A stretch of DNA of 40,511 bases from an uncultured Candidatus Sumerlaeota bacterium. Its GTDB lineage: Bacteria > CAYMEV01. The position numbers and the translations under genes were made by a program. Below, one piece after another: positions 1-8,850 of the stretch; the stretch's first letter is position 1, and each line of letters starts with the position of its first letter. Under the pieces are notes generated by a model, which was given only the letters and a program-made list of their open reading frames with translations, was not told where the DNA came from and did no database searches. The DNA lies in NCBI GenBank assembly GCA_964389675.1, contig CAYMEV010000013.1, forward strand, positions 62,001 through 102,511, read 5' to 3'.

Positions 1-477
1 AATTATATGTCCGTTATTCATTATGATATCCCCGTCGGATGTCCATGCTATGTGGTCAAGAACCTCAATGAAAAAGGTTTCCAGACGGGCAAATCTTGAC
101 AGGGCGATAAACATATTTGTCAGTGAAAGACAGTTTCCGGTCCTTGTCTGGAATGTCTGGATTGCTGTATTTGTCTTTCTTTCATCGTATATGATCTGTT
201 CATTGCTGTCGAAAATGGCGTCCACGAGGCTGTTGAACATGGCTTCAGGTGTCTGGTATGCTTTTATGTTATCATCAACAAAAACCTTCATCTCATCATT
301 TATTTCAAACGGGTTTAAGATGGGAACAGGAAAATCCTCGTCAAAAGTATCATTAAGGAGAGCCAGGATCTGACGGTCACTCATAATTTCAGCCTTATGC
401 CTGCTTTTTATGCCGGAACAGGCTGCCATTGATATTATTATAAATAAAGCCAGAAACAGTACTGCTGTTTTTTTCAT
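1..477 (-). CDS. Transglutaminase-like domain lipoprotein (N-terminal part; runs off the window edge)
   Basis: Not in the ORF track; translated by hand from ATG 477, with SD AAGGAGG upstream. MKKTAVLFLALFIIISMAAC is a signal peptide with lipobox Cys. It is followed by TAIQTFQTRTGNCLSLTNMFIALSR (catalytic Cys motif) and NNGHII (His). Open to base 1. Confidence 0.75.
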   Translation of the reverse strand, partial: MKKTAVLFLALFIIISMAACSGIKSRHKAEIMSDRQILALLNDTFDEDFPVPILNPFEINDEMKVFVDDNIKAYQTPEAMFNSLVDAIFDSNEQIIYDERKTNTAIQTFQTRTGNCLSLTNMFIALSRFARLETFFIEVLDHIAWTSDGDIIMNNGHII

Positions 478-608
478 AAATCCCTCCTTAGAAAGCTCAG
501 CGAACAAAAATATATAATATATAAAACGTAGAAAAGCTGAATAAAGTTTGAAGATTCTAGCGCTTTCCGCCAGCCAGGCCCGGTATGCAGAGTAAAGCTG
601 TATACTTC

Positions 609-1685
609 TTAAAGAATCTGTTTATTAGTATTGTTCAGCATGTAGATTATCTCATCCACATCGAGGGAAATTGTGGAAAGGTCATTCTCAATTATTGCTC
701 TCGGCATTCCATATACGATACACGAATCTTTTTTTTGGGCCACCGTTATACCACCCTCCCTTTTCTGTTTTCTGGAAGCTGCCAGTCCATCATCCCCCAT
801 GCCTGTAAGAATAATACTCAAAACCTTGTCATAATAGATATCAATACAGGAAGAAAGAAGTGCATCCAGGGATGGTATGTATTTGGATGCCCCTGCTTTT
901 TCCAGCTTTATTGCGGTCTTAAGTCCGTCTTTTTCCAAAAACATATCATATCCGCCTTTGCTGACAATAACAGAATTGCTGTTGACTGTCATATTGTTTT
1001 CAGCTTCACAGACTACCATATCTGTTGCTGAATCAAGCCTTTCTGCAAATGTTTTTGTAAAAATAGGGGGCATATGGATCCCTATTAATATTGGAACCGG
1101 GAAAGGTGTCTTTATATTCTTTATTATCTCTGCTATTATGCCTGGCCCTCCTGTGGATGCGCCAATGAATACAATTTCAAACCTTTTCGATGATATGATC
1201 CCATTTATCGAATTGATCTCAGTCTTTTTAGTATCAGGGTCAATGGCTGATTTACCATGAATAGTATTCTTGTTGATCTTGAGATCTGATACAAAATCAA
1301 TCTTGGCAATAAGGCGATCCCTTATAGGTATGAACAGGTTTTGTTTTTTAGCAGATGTAAAATCAGGCTTAGGTATGAAATCTATGGCCCCTAGTTCGAA
1401 TGATCTTATAATGTTTTCCCTCTTATCCGTGCTGGATATTATAATTGTCGGTACTGGATGGTTTTTCATCAGCCATGACAGGAACGCAAAACCGTTCATT
1501 TCGGGCATTTCCAGATCAAGGAATACAATATCAGGCTTGTATCTCATAGTCAGGTACATTGCATCGGTACCATCGGGAGCAAAGTTTACAGATTGAATTC
1601 TTTCAAAGCTGTTCAGGATCTGGTACAGACTTCTTCTTATTAATGCTGAATCATCAACAATAAGTGCCTTGAGCTTACCTGTCAT
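609..1685 (-). CDS. cheB: Chemotaxis response regulator protein-glutamate methylesterase/deamidase
   Basis: N-terminal receiver (IVDDS, LDLEMPEMNG, FIPKP) plus esterase triad motifs GASTGGP, HMPPIFT and LTGMGDDG, and C-terminal VYGMPRA. Confidence 0.93.
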   Translation of the reverse strand: MTGKLKALIVDDSALIRRSLYQILNSFERIQSVNFAPDGTDAMYLTMRYKPDIVFLDLEMPEMNGFAFLSWLMKNHPVPTIIISSTDKRENIIRSFELGAIDFIPKPDFTSAKKQNLFIPIRDRLIAKIDFVSDLKINKNTIHGKSAIDPDTKKTEINSINGIISSKRFEIVFIGASTGGPGIIAEIIKNIKTPFPVPILIGIHMPPIFTKTFAERLDSATDMVVCEAENNMTVNSNSVIVSKGGYDMFLEKDGLKTAIKLEKAGASKYIPSLDALLSSCIDIYYDKVLSIILTGMGDDGLAASRKQKREGGITVAQKKDSCIVYGMPRAIIENDLSTISLDVDEIIYMLNNTNKQIL

Positions 1686-1706
1686 CCTTACCGTCAGGCA
1701 GTCCTT

Positions 1707-2309
1707 CTAATCCTCCATGCTTCTTCCAAACTGCTTTCCATAGGCTATATTACTCCAGAATTCATTCACATCAAGTGCATAAATAATCAGGTCTTTCTTG
1801 CGATCAACTATATCCCGGGCAAAACCCTTTAAAACACAGTTTTTCCTGAAACCAAGAGGTTCAAGTGCTTCAGAGGAACTGGAGTCATCCTCGATAGTCC
1901 TTATGATCAGTGTCATGATATCTTCATTTTCGGCAAGGGATACCCTGAAAATTGCATGAAGAAGCTTTTTGGCAATTCCCAGTTTCCTGAAATCAGGATG
2001 TACTATTCCCTGTATCTCTGCTATATTTCTCATCCATCCATATTCAGGGAGCTTAAGTACAGTAAAGCCTGCCATAATATTATCATCAAACTCTGCAGTC
2101 AGGCACACCTGCCGTCCAGCCTTGATGGAGCTGATGAAACAGTCAATGGTCTTTGCATCATTTTTATTGATATTTACAGAAAGCAGATCCTCTTCAGGAA
2201 TCTGTGCTATAAATCTTTTAAGAGAATCAAAATCCCTGCTGCTTGCTGTTTTAGAAAATTTAACTATCCTTTTGTCCGGTAATTCCAAAAAATCAATATA
2301 TTCCTTCAA
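1707..2309 (-). CDS. GNAT family N-acetyltransferase
   Basis: Acetyl-CoA motif A VHPDFRKLGIAKKLL and C-terminal LEPLGF. TTG start with AGGAG SD. Ends 21 nt upstream of cheB. Confidence 0.8.
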   Translation of the reverse strand: MKEYIDFLELPDKRIVKFSKTASSRDFDSLKRFIAQIPEEDLLSVNINKNDAKTIDCFISSIKAGRQVCLTAEFDDNIMAGFTVLKLPEYGWMRNIAEIQGIVHPDFRKLGIAKKLLHAIFRVSLAENEDIMTLIIRTIEDDSSSSEALEPLGFRKNCVLKGFARDIVDRKKDLIIYALDVNEFWSNIAYGKQFGRSMED

Positions 2310-2346
2310 TTTTCTGCTCCTGTTATTTTGGATAAATTTATCTTTT

Positions 2347-2375
2347 ATAATATATTAAATGTGCTAATATGTCAA
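2347..2375 (-). promoter_or_regulatory. Sigma70-type promoter for GNAT-cheB
   Basis: Minus strand TTGACA-N17-TATTAT. A 12-bp palindrome GATAAATTTATC (2331-2342) lies near the predicted +1. Confidence 0.6.
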
Positions 2376-2397
2376 AGAGAAAAAAAGGAGGCTGAAT

Positions 2398-3045
2398 TTG
2401 GCCCTTAATATACTTGTTGTTGATGATGCAAACGAGTTTGCCGACCTTATAGTCATGGACCTTATCTCCAGGAAATTCAGTGCAAGGGCTCAATATTCCG
2501 GTTTATCCGCTATAACTTCTGCCCTGACACTGCAGTTTAATGTGATCCTGCTTGATATTATGATGCCTGGTGATATAACATTAAGAGAGCTTTTGCAGAT
2601 ACAAAGGCTTGATTATTATAATACTCTGATCCCCCTTACGGATGACATCTTTTTTATTGAATCACAGTCAAATATTCCGATAAATGATATTATATCAGCA
2701 AATATGATGGATATTCAGGCAGTCCTGCAGAAGGATGAGAGCAGTAATATCAGTTTATTCCAGCCACTGCACGTTATAGAGGAGATGCAGAATATCCTTT
2801 TCAGCATGGGGGAGCTTTTTATCCACCTTGATGGTTATGTGACATCCGCCATAATAAAATCCACATTAAAGGACTTTGAAGAGCTGAAGATCCTGTTCTT
2901 TACAGCCGGTGGCGTAGATGATGCCTATTATAGAAAATACAGCAGGTTTTTTGCGGATAATCTGTTTCTCAAGAGCAATTATTATGATAAAGTGCTTAAA
3001 GAGCTTGAGGATATTGAGAAGTCCGGCAGTAAAGACTCTAAATAA
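2398..3045 (+). CDS. Stand-alone response-regulator receiver protein with an ~85-aa internal insertion
   Basis: ILVVDD, LLDIMMPG, then 85 aa later LDGY, ILFFTA and ADNLFLKS. TTG start with AGGAGG 6 nt upstream. Confidence 0.75.
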   Translation: MALNILVVDDANEFADLIVMDLISRKFSARAQYSGLSAITSALTLQFNVILLDIMMPGDITLRELLQIQRLDYYNTLIPLTDDIFFIESQSNIPINDIISANMMDIQAVLQKDESSNISLFQPLHVIEEMQNILFSMGELFIHLDGYVTSAIIKSTLKDFEELKILFFTAGGVDDAYYRKYSRFFADNLFLKSNYYDKVLKELEDIEKSGSKDSK

Positions 3046-4174
3046 TGAATGGATTTATCAGCTGTTGAAAAACCATCAGCCAGTATTCATTAAACCCCTG
3101 CTGAATAAAATCGCCTAATGCTTCAAGCTGTGCATAGTAATGCACTGCAAGGCATATGCTCATTACAGTATTAATAATCCATATAGCCCGGGTCACCTGT
3201 TTTTTGCTTTTGAAAATGAAAAAAAGGTAATTAACGGACAGGTAGAGTATCAGAGGATAGAATGCCATGCCTGAGCTGATGTATACAGAGCTGTCAATCT
3301 GAAAGTGGCCCGGGGGAATTCTGGAAATATTGATGAAGTATAAAGTGAAAATTAAAGAGAACTCGACCAGCATCCTGGAGGATATATTTCCTGCTTTAAG
3401 CAGGAATACCGGTACCAGGAGAAAAAATATATAATGATACCTAAGACCTGCAAATGCATTATAGATAAAAGCAAGCTTGTTTATATAAAGAGGGTCTGAA
3501 AGCAGAAACAGAAGGGCAAATGCAGAAATTACGATCAGGGCCCTCAGAAAGATCCTTAATTGCCTTTCTTTTATGCTGATCAAACCCTTATTTAGATAAA
3601 AAAGAATGATGATACATAAAACCCAGAGGTTTTCAGGATTCAGGAAAAATGCTGCAAAAAAGGCTGTTATAACTATCATAGAAGATTTTTTATACCTTTT
3701 GTTTGATGCAAGGATAACAATTATGGAGAAAAGCATGGCAGGCATGTCCATCAGGAACCCAAAAAAAGGCCTGCTTATGAGAAGCATAATAAAGAGGGGT
3801 GATGATATAAGCAGGTGGAGATATTTTAAGAAAAATGTATTAGCAGTTATACCTATCAGCAATATGCAGCTTAAACATAAAATTATTGCCTTCAGCATGC
3901 TCAAAGGGATATGCTGGTTAGCTGCAAGGTTTAATGCATATCTTATCATGCTGATGAAAAGAATGGGCTTTTGAGTTAAATTACCTCCATGTTCATGCTT
4001 TTCAGGAAGTGATACTATTTTATTATCCTCAGGCCTTCTTAATTCAGTTTTATAGATATCAATGCCATCTATTGAGTTTTCCCTGATCTGCCATGCTTCT
4101 TCCGGTGACAGGATTTTTATATTGGGCAACAGAAGGATAAGGCATATGAAAACAGCTGTCAGAAATCTTTTCAA
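3038..4174 (-). CDS. Polytopic membrane protein, hypothetical (possibly GT-C-like)
   Basis: 378 aa with many hydrophobic segments and a soluble loop after the first TM. Start overlaps the upstream stop (TTGA). Confidence 0.55.
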   Translation of the reverse strand: MKRFLTAVFICLILLLPNIKILSPEEAWQIRENSIDGIDIYKTELRRPEDNKIVSLPEKHEHGGNLTQKPILFISMIRYALNLAANQHIPLSMLKAIILCLSCILLIGITANTFFLKYLHLLISSPLFIMLLISRPFFGFLMDMPAMLFSIIVILASNKRYKKSSMIVITAFFAAFFLNPENLWVLCIIILFYLNKGLISIKERQLRIFLRALIVISAFALLFLLSDPLYINKLAFIYNAFAGLRYHYIFFLLVPVFLLKAGNISSRMLVEFSLIFTLYFINISRIPPGHFQIDSSVYISSGMAFYPLILYLSVNYLFFIFKSKKQVTRAIWIINTVMSICLAVHYYAQLEALGDFIQQGFNEYWLMVFQQLINPFII

Positions 4175-5412
4175 GATGCTCTCCAGATAAAAGGGATCAG
4201 CTTAAAATATGGATTTGTCAAAGTATTTGTGAAAAAAAGGAAAGAAAGGTATGACAGGGCGCTGAAAACTGACATAAATATCAGGGCATATGATAAAGCA
4301 AGCCGGTCCCTGATATTTAAGGCGACAATTAATGAGATAAAGCCTAAAATTGGCAGGAACATTCTCAGGATGAATATAAAATGCAGATTCATTGGCACCT
4401 TGTATTGAAAAAATATGAAGAAAATCCACAGAGTGCTTGCCAGAAGAAAGCCATATGGAGGTTTCCTGTCTGTCTTTTTAATTAATAGAAAGATAAAAAA
4501 TATTGGATAGGCGATAATAAAATCTCTCAGGAACATTGCTGCATTCCTGAACAGTATGCCCTTAAGATTGACATTCTCAGGTGAAATTATTTTCATGAAA
4601 GCAAAAGGATAGCCGATCCTCCGGATGTTCTGAGTCTGGTGATAACCTGTCCATACAAGCTGGCCATAGAACAGAAGGTTGGTATAGAAGAAAATGGCAA
4701 TGAAAGCCATGGCACAGAGGATTATGGTGAGGCATAATTTATAATGTCTCTTTATTCCATTTTTAATTATCTCAGAAATTAGAAATGGCAGGAGTATAAA
4801 CATTAAGAGGACGTTTGGTATTCTAATCAGTACACCTGAAAGCGTGGCTGCAAAAAATATTATGTACAGGGCTCCTGTAGAGCATGAATTATATCTATTG
4901 CGGAAAAGAATCAGATAAAAGGACATAAAGGACAAAAAAATACATACCATGGAAGAAAAATCGCTCATCAGGGGCCTTGAGAACATGATTGTGCAGGCTG
5001 GATTAAGATAAAGAAGAGAGAGAAAAGCAGGCCAGTATTTGCTGACCGGCCTTATATATGAATAAGAGAAGATTATAAGGATAAAGCTGAAGAACAGGTT
5101 TAAGACCCTGTAATCTGAATATTTGTCGAATAAACCTACTATCACGGGGAATAAAAAAGATTTTGAAATTGTAAATCTATCATCACCTAATTCTGTATAA
5201 CCTAACGGATTCGGGCCTATTGCAAGTCCCTTCTCCTGGGCATCAGCAATCTGGGGCATCAATTCATCCAGCGATAATGTATATTTCCCCTCTATGATGT
5301 TTCTGCCTGAATATAAGTAAGAAGTTTCATCGGGTTCATAAAGTTTTGGAGGAAAAAGGATAAGGAGAGCATGATAGGTTAAAATTATCAGTAAAAACGA
5401 TCTAAATTTCAT
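4171..5412 (-). CDS. GT-C fold (ArnT/PMT-like) membrane glycosyltransferase, putative
   Basis: First TM followed by acidic loop motif YEPDETSY, later LMSDFSS and IRIPN; multi-TM. Confidence 0.6.
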   Translation of the reverse strand: MKFRSFLLIILTYHALLILFPPKLYEPDETSYLYSGRNIIEGKYTLSLDELMPQIADAQEKGLAIGPNPLGYTELGDDRFTISKSFLFPVIVGLFDKYSDYRVLNLFFSFILIIFSYSYIRPVSKYWPAFLSLLYLNPACTIMFSRPLMSDFSSMVCIFLSFMSFYLILFRNRYNSCSTGALYIIFFAATLSGVLIRIPNVLLMFILLPFLISEIIKNGIKRHYKLCLTIILCAMAFIAIFFYTNLLFYGQLVWTGYHQTQNIRRIGYPFAFMKIISPENVNLKGILFRNAAMFLRDFIIAYPIFFIFLLIKKTDRKPPYGFLLASTLWIFFIFFQYKVPMNLHFIFILRMFLPILGFISLIVALNIRDRLALSYALIFMSVFSALSYLSFLFFTNTLTNPYFKLIPFIWRAS

Positions 5413-7363
5413 ATCCGGTTTCAGACAGGCCCAAAAGTATTAATGCAATAATGAAATAGAAATGTATATAAAGCATTATCCAGTTGAGGCCATCTATCAT
5501 TGTCATATGCGCAAGGAATAGGATTACTCCCGCAAGGAGTGCTGATATATGGGGATTTTTCAATTTCCTGTTATCAAGCCATGATATGTAGATTATATAC
5601 ATTATTGGAAAGAAAAGGGTGATAAAACCTATCAGTCCTCTCTCTATCAATATATAAAGATAATAATTATCAGTCGTATACCATGCACGGCTGATCTTTT
5701 CAGGACTTGCACTGCTTTTTGAATTTTTAAGGACAGCTTTGCCTACATTGCCAAGGCCATCTCCAAAAAGAAGGTTCTTATGCAGAACATTATATGCAGC
5801 CCTGTATGAATTTTTTCTGTGTATGTATTCTTCAGTCTTTGTAATATTTCTGAGAGAAGAAAACCTTTTTTTAAAGGGGTCAATCATTCTGTTAGGAATA
5901 AAAAACAGCAGTGCTGTCAGCAGGATTATTGAAATTGCTGCAACCCTATAACTCTTTCCGGATTTTTGAAGGCTTTTTTTAAGTATATATAAAGCTGAAT
6001 ATACAATCGCAATAATTATAGCTCCTCTGCATACAGTCATTACCAGGGCAGTTAAAATAAAAATAAAGGCAATTGCATATAGCGGCTTTTTAGCAATTCT
6101 ATCCGATGATATAATCTTCTGAAACAGCTGAGGAAAGTATATCAGGAGCAATGATGCAAATACAAGAGGATGCACCATTGATGCACTTATCCTGTTTCCT
6201 ATCTGGAAGCTGAAAAAGCTTCTGTAGAAAAGGCTTATTATATTGTCATACAGTATATTATAGCCCAGGAAGAGCTCAAGGAGTGACAGAAAGCAAAGGA
6301 AGGCCACACTCAAAAACAATGCTTTCAGGACTGGTTCAAGCTTGTCTTTTGTAAAAAGTATAAAGGCGATTATAAAGACCAATACCGGAGCAATAATGGA
6401 ATTCATTGATATATCAAAGAATATATCAAAGGATTTGATTTGGCTTATATTAGCAGCTGAAATAAATATATGAAGACCCCAGAAGAGAAGGATAATATAG
6501 AAGATAATCCTGCTCCTGGCTGTCTTTACCCTGTTTGATTCGAAAAATAACAGCGACAGGAAGAAAAAGGACATTAGTATGCTTGTGCTGAAAGTAACAG
6601 GGAGATAGCCGAAATATCTGTGTTTAATAAATATTATTTCAAAGGGGAATAAAAAGGAGAACAGAATAAAAGCAAAAAAAAGCTGTGACAGGACAAGCCT
6701 GAAATTCTGCTTTTTTGCTTTAATTATCCTGACCAATAAGAATTCATGGTTATGAAAAATAAAATAGCACAGAAATAAGAAAAATGAGATCAACAGGAGT
6801 ATTGAAGGTATATATATATTTATTAATTTTGACTGTTTGATGAAGAGTGTGATATCAAGAAAAGGATCGTCAATTATCTCTATTTCTGTAATGACTGTAT
6901 CTTTACGTGAGAATGGGCCGATCATCAGGGATTCTGCATTACCTTCAAAGCCTGGTATATGCTTCATAACTATTATATAGGAATTTTTCTTGGATCCCAG
7001 GGGTTCAGGGAAAAGAAAAGATTTTACAGTTTTTGGGGCTGATGTGCTGTCAGTAAGATGCCAGAATGCATATACAGGATTTCTTATGTCCTTATCGGGA
7101 TCAATCCTGCTTGATGTTTTCAGATGGATTCGGAATGTATCCAATTTTTCAGATGGTAATCCCAGGTTGGTTATCAAAAAGTGCTTTTCAAAATTAACTC
7201 CGTCACTGAAGATGATTTCACGGAAGTCTGCAGCCTTCTGACCTGAAGAGGAATATATTATTCTGCTTCCTCTGTCCCCTGAATTCCATATCTTTGCAGC
7301 TGATAATGCAGAAATGATAATTATAAATACAAGGGATACAATAAGATATCTGTTTTTATTCAT
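5402..7363 (-). CDS. O-antigen ligase (Wzy_C/WaaL-like) family protein with an extra N-terminal soluble domain
   Basis: RISASMVHPLVFA, TVCRGAII, LLFGDGLGN, TDNYYLYILIERGLIG. Start moved to ATG 7363, which overlaps the radical SAM stop. Confidence 0.75.
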   Translation of the reverse strand: MNKNRYLIVSLVFIIIISALSAAKIWNSGDRGSRIIYSSSGQKAADFREIIFSDGVNFEKHFLITNLGLPSEKLDTFRIHLKTSSRIDPDKDIRNPVYAFWHLTDSTSAPKTVKSFLFPEPLGSKKNSYIIVMKHIPGFEGNAESLMIGPFSRKDTVITEIEIIDDPFLDITLFIKQSKLINIYIPSILLLISFFLFLCYFIFHNHEFLLVRIIKAKKQNFRLVLSQLFFAFILFSFLFPFEIIFIKHRYFGYLPVTFSTSILMSFFFLSLLFFESNRVKTARSRIIFYIILLFWGLHIFISAANISQIKSFDIFFDISMNSIIAPVLVFIIAFILFTKDKLEPVLKALFLSVAFLCFLSLLELFLGYNILYDNIISLFYRSFFSFQIGNRISASMVHPLVFASLLLIYFPQLFQKIISSDRIAKKPLYAIAFIFILTALVMTVCRGAIIIAIVYSALYILKKSLQKSGKSYRVAAISIILLTALLFFIPNRMIDPFKKRFSSLRNITKTEEYIHRKNSYRAAYNVLHKNLLFGDGLGNVGKAVLKNSKSSASPEKISRAWYTTDNYYLYILIERGLIGFITLFFPIMYIIYISWLDNRKLKNPHISALLAGVILFLAHMTMIDGLNWIMLYIHFYFIIALILLGLSETGYEI

Positions 7364-8795
7364 TGCTGAATTCCTTAAATCCTTTAAATATGCCAAAAGA
7401 ATATTTTAGAAAATATATGCCCCCCTGAAGAAAAAACCTGTAAGAAGGAATCTTTAAAAAGATATAATACAACCTTCTAAAATTTAAATAAAATTTTTTA
7501 TATGCATCCTTTTGTACTGGATTGAGGTCAAAATCATATGTCTGCCTGTAAAAGCTCATATCAGAATAATAGAGAAGAGATTCCGCATTATATTCAAAAT
7601 CCGGGTTCGTCTGCCTTGCAAGTTTGTAAAGAGCTGTTGAAGGGAATGGGACAACCTGGAAAAATGATGCAGTATGAAGCCTGGACCTCAAGGCAAAGGA
7701 TATTGTCTCTTCAATCTCCTCTATTGTCTCAGTAGGAAAACCGATCATAAAAAATCCATGCTGGAAGAATCCCAGATCATGGGATAATCCTATAACTTCC
7801 TGAAGCTTCGCCAGGTTAATATTTTTGCGGATCAATTTCTGAAGCCTCTCTGAACCGCTTTCAACAGCAAATACCAGCCTGTAGGCGCCAGCTTTCTTAA
7901 GCATTTGCAGGATTTCCTTATCCAGGATATCGCCCCTTAGCCCGTTGGGGAAAGCTAATTTGAACCTGTATTTGCCTTTGATCAGATAATTAAGTATCTT
8001 TTTAACCCTTTCTCTGTCAAGGTTGAATACATCATCCAGAATGTGGAATTCCCTGATATTAAATCTTTCCGAGAGATAGACCATCTCTTCCAGAACCCTC
8101 TCAGGAGACAATGGCCTGAACCCCTTGCCGAAAACATTATGGCAGTAGATGCATTCATAAGGACAGGCCCTGGACGTAAATATTGGTGCATATTTTTTTA
8201 GCCTGATCCAGTTCATATTTCGAAAAATATGGTTATTGTACCTGTCAAAATCAACAGATTCAAATGAGGGCATTGGCAAGGAGTTGAAATCCTGTATATA
8301 TTCTGTTTTTTTGTTTATTATTATTCCGCCTTCCCCGCGGTATGCAATTCCATCGATTGCCTCCAGTTCCCCTCTTCCGGAGAACTGGTATTCAAGGAGA
8401 TTCATGAAGCTGGCCTCACCCTCTCCAATTACTATATAATCAAGATCGGGCGTGTCAGTCATGGTCTTTTCCGGGTCTACACTGCTGTGCGGCCCGCCCA
8501 TGACAAAACAGGGCCTGGGGGATATTCCCGCTGAGAGCTCAATGATTTTTTTCATTACAGGGAATTCATATGTAAAAGTTGAGAATCCTATAAGATCAGG
8601 CATCATCTCAATTATTAAACTGCTTATATCTTCCGCACTGAGAAGGTCCAGAACCATGTCTATGCACTTTACGTCATACAAGGAAGATTTTGATTCAATG
8701 TAGCTTTTCAGTGAAAGGATGCCGAGGGGAGGGGTAATATGCTGATTAGCGGCAGGCCTGTATGTCTTGAGAAGCAGTATTTTTTTCCTTTTCAT
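7356..8795 (-). CDS. B12-binding domain radical SAM protein
   Basis: PPLGILSL, MGGPHSS and VIGEGE (cobalamin domain); TSRACPYECIYC (CxxxCxxC); LDDVF, AVESGS, FMIGFPTET. Confidence 0.92.
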   Translation of the reverse strand: MKRKKILLLKTYRPAANQHITPPLGILSLKSYIESKSSLYDVKCIDMVLDLLSAEDISSLIIEMMPDLIGFSTFTYEFPVMKKIIELSAGISPRPCFVMGGPHSSVDPEKTMTDTPDLDYIVIGEGEASFMNLLEYQFSGRGELEAIDGIAYRGEGGIIINKKTEYIQDFNSLPMPSFESVDFDRYNNHIFRNMNWIRLKKYAPIFTSRACPYECIYCHNVFGKGFRPLSPERVLEEMVYLSERFNIREFHILDDVFNLDRERVKKILNYLIKGKYRFKLAFPNGLRGDILDKEILQMLKKAGAYRLVFAVESGSERLQKLIRKNINLAKLQEVIGLSHDLGFFQHGFFMIGFPTETIEEIEETISFALRSRLHTASFFQVVPFPSTALYKLARQTNPDFEYNAESLLYYSDMSFYRQTYDFDLNPVQKDAYKKFYLNFRRLYYIFLKIPSYRFFLQGGIYFLKYSFGIFKGFKEFSNE

Positions 8796-8850
8796 AATTG
8801 CCTATTATACTTATAATACAATCAGATTACAGAAAAAATGGAGATAAATT

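Noticed and set aside
23-373. Plus-strand 116-aa ORF
   Set aside because: Antisense shadow of the minus-strand lipoprotein, which has an SD, lipobox and catalytic motifs.
2572-2826. Receiver insertion as an intein or mobile intron
   Set aside because: No N-terminal Cys/Ser, no C-terminal His-Asn followed by Cys/Ser/Thr, too short, and no terminal repeats.
7356-8795. Radical SAM as a RiPP maturase
   Set aside because: No SPASM Cys motif, PqqD/RRE domain or precursor peptide nearby; the neighbours are membrane glyco-enzymes.
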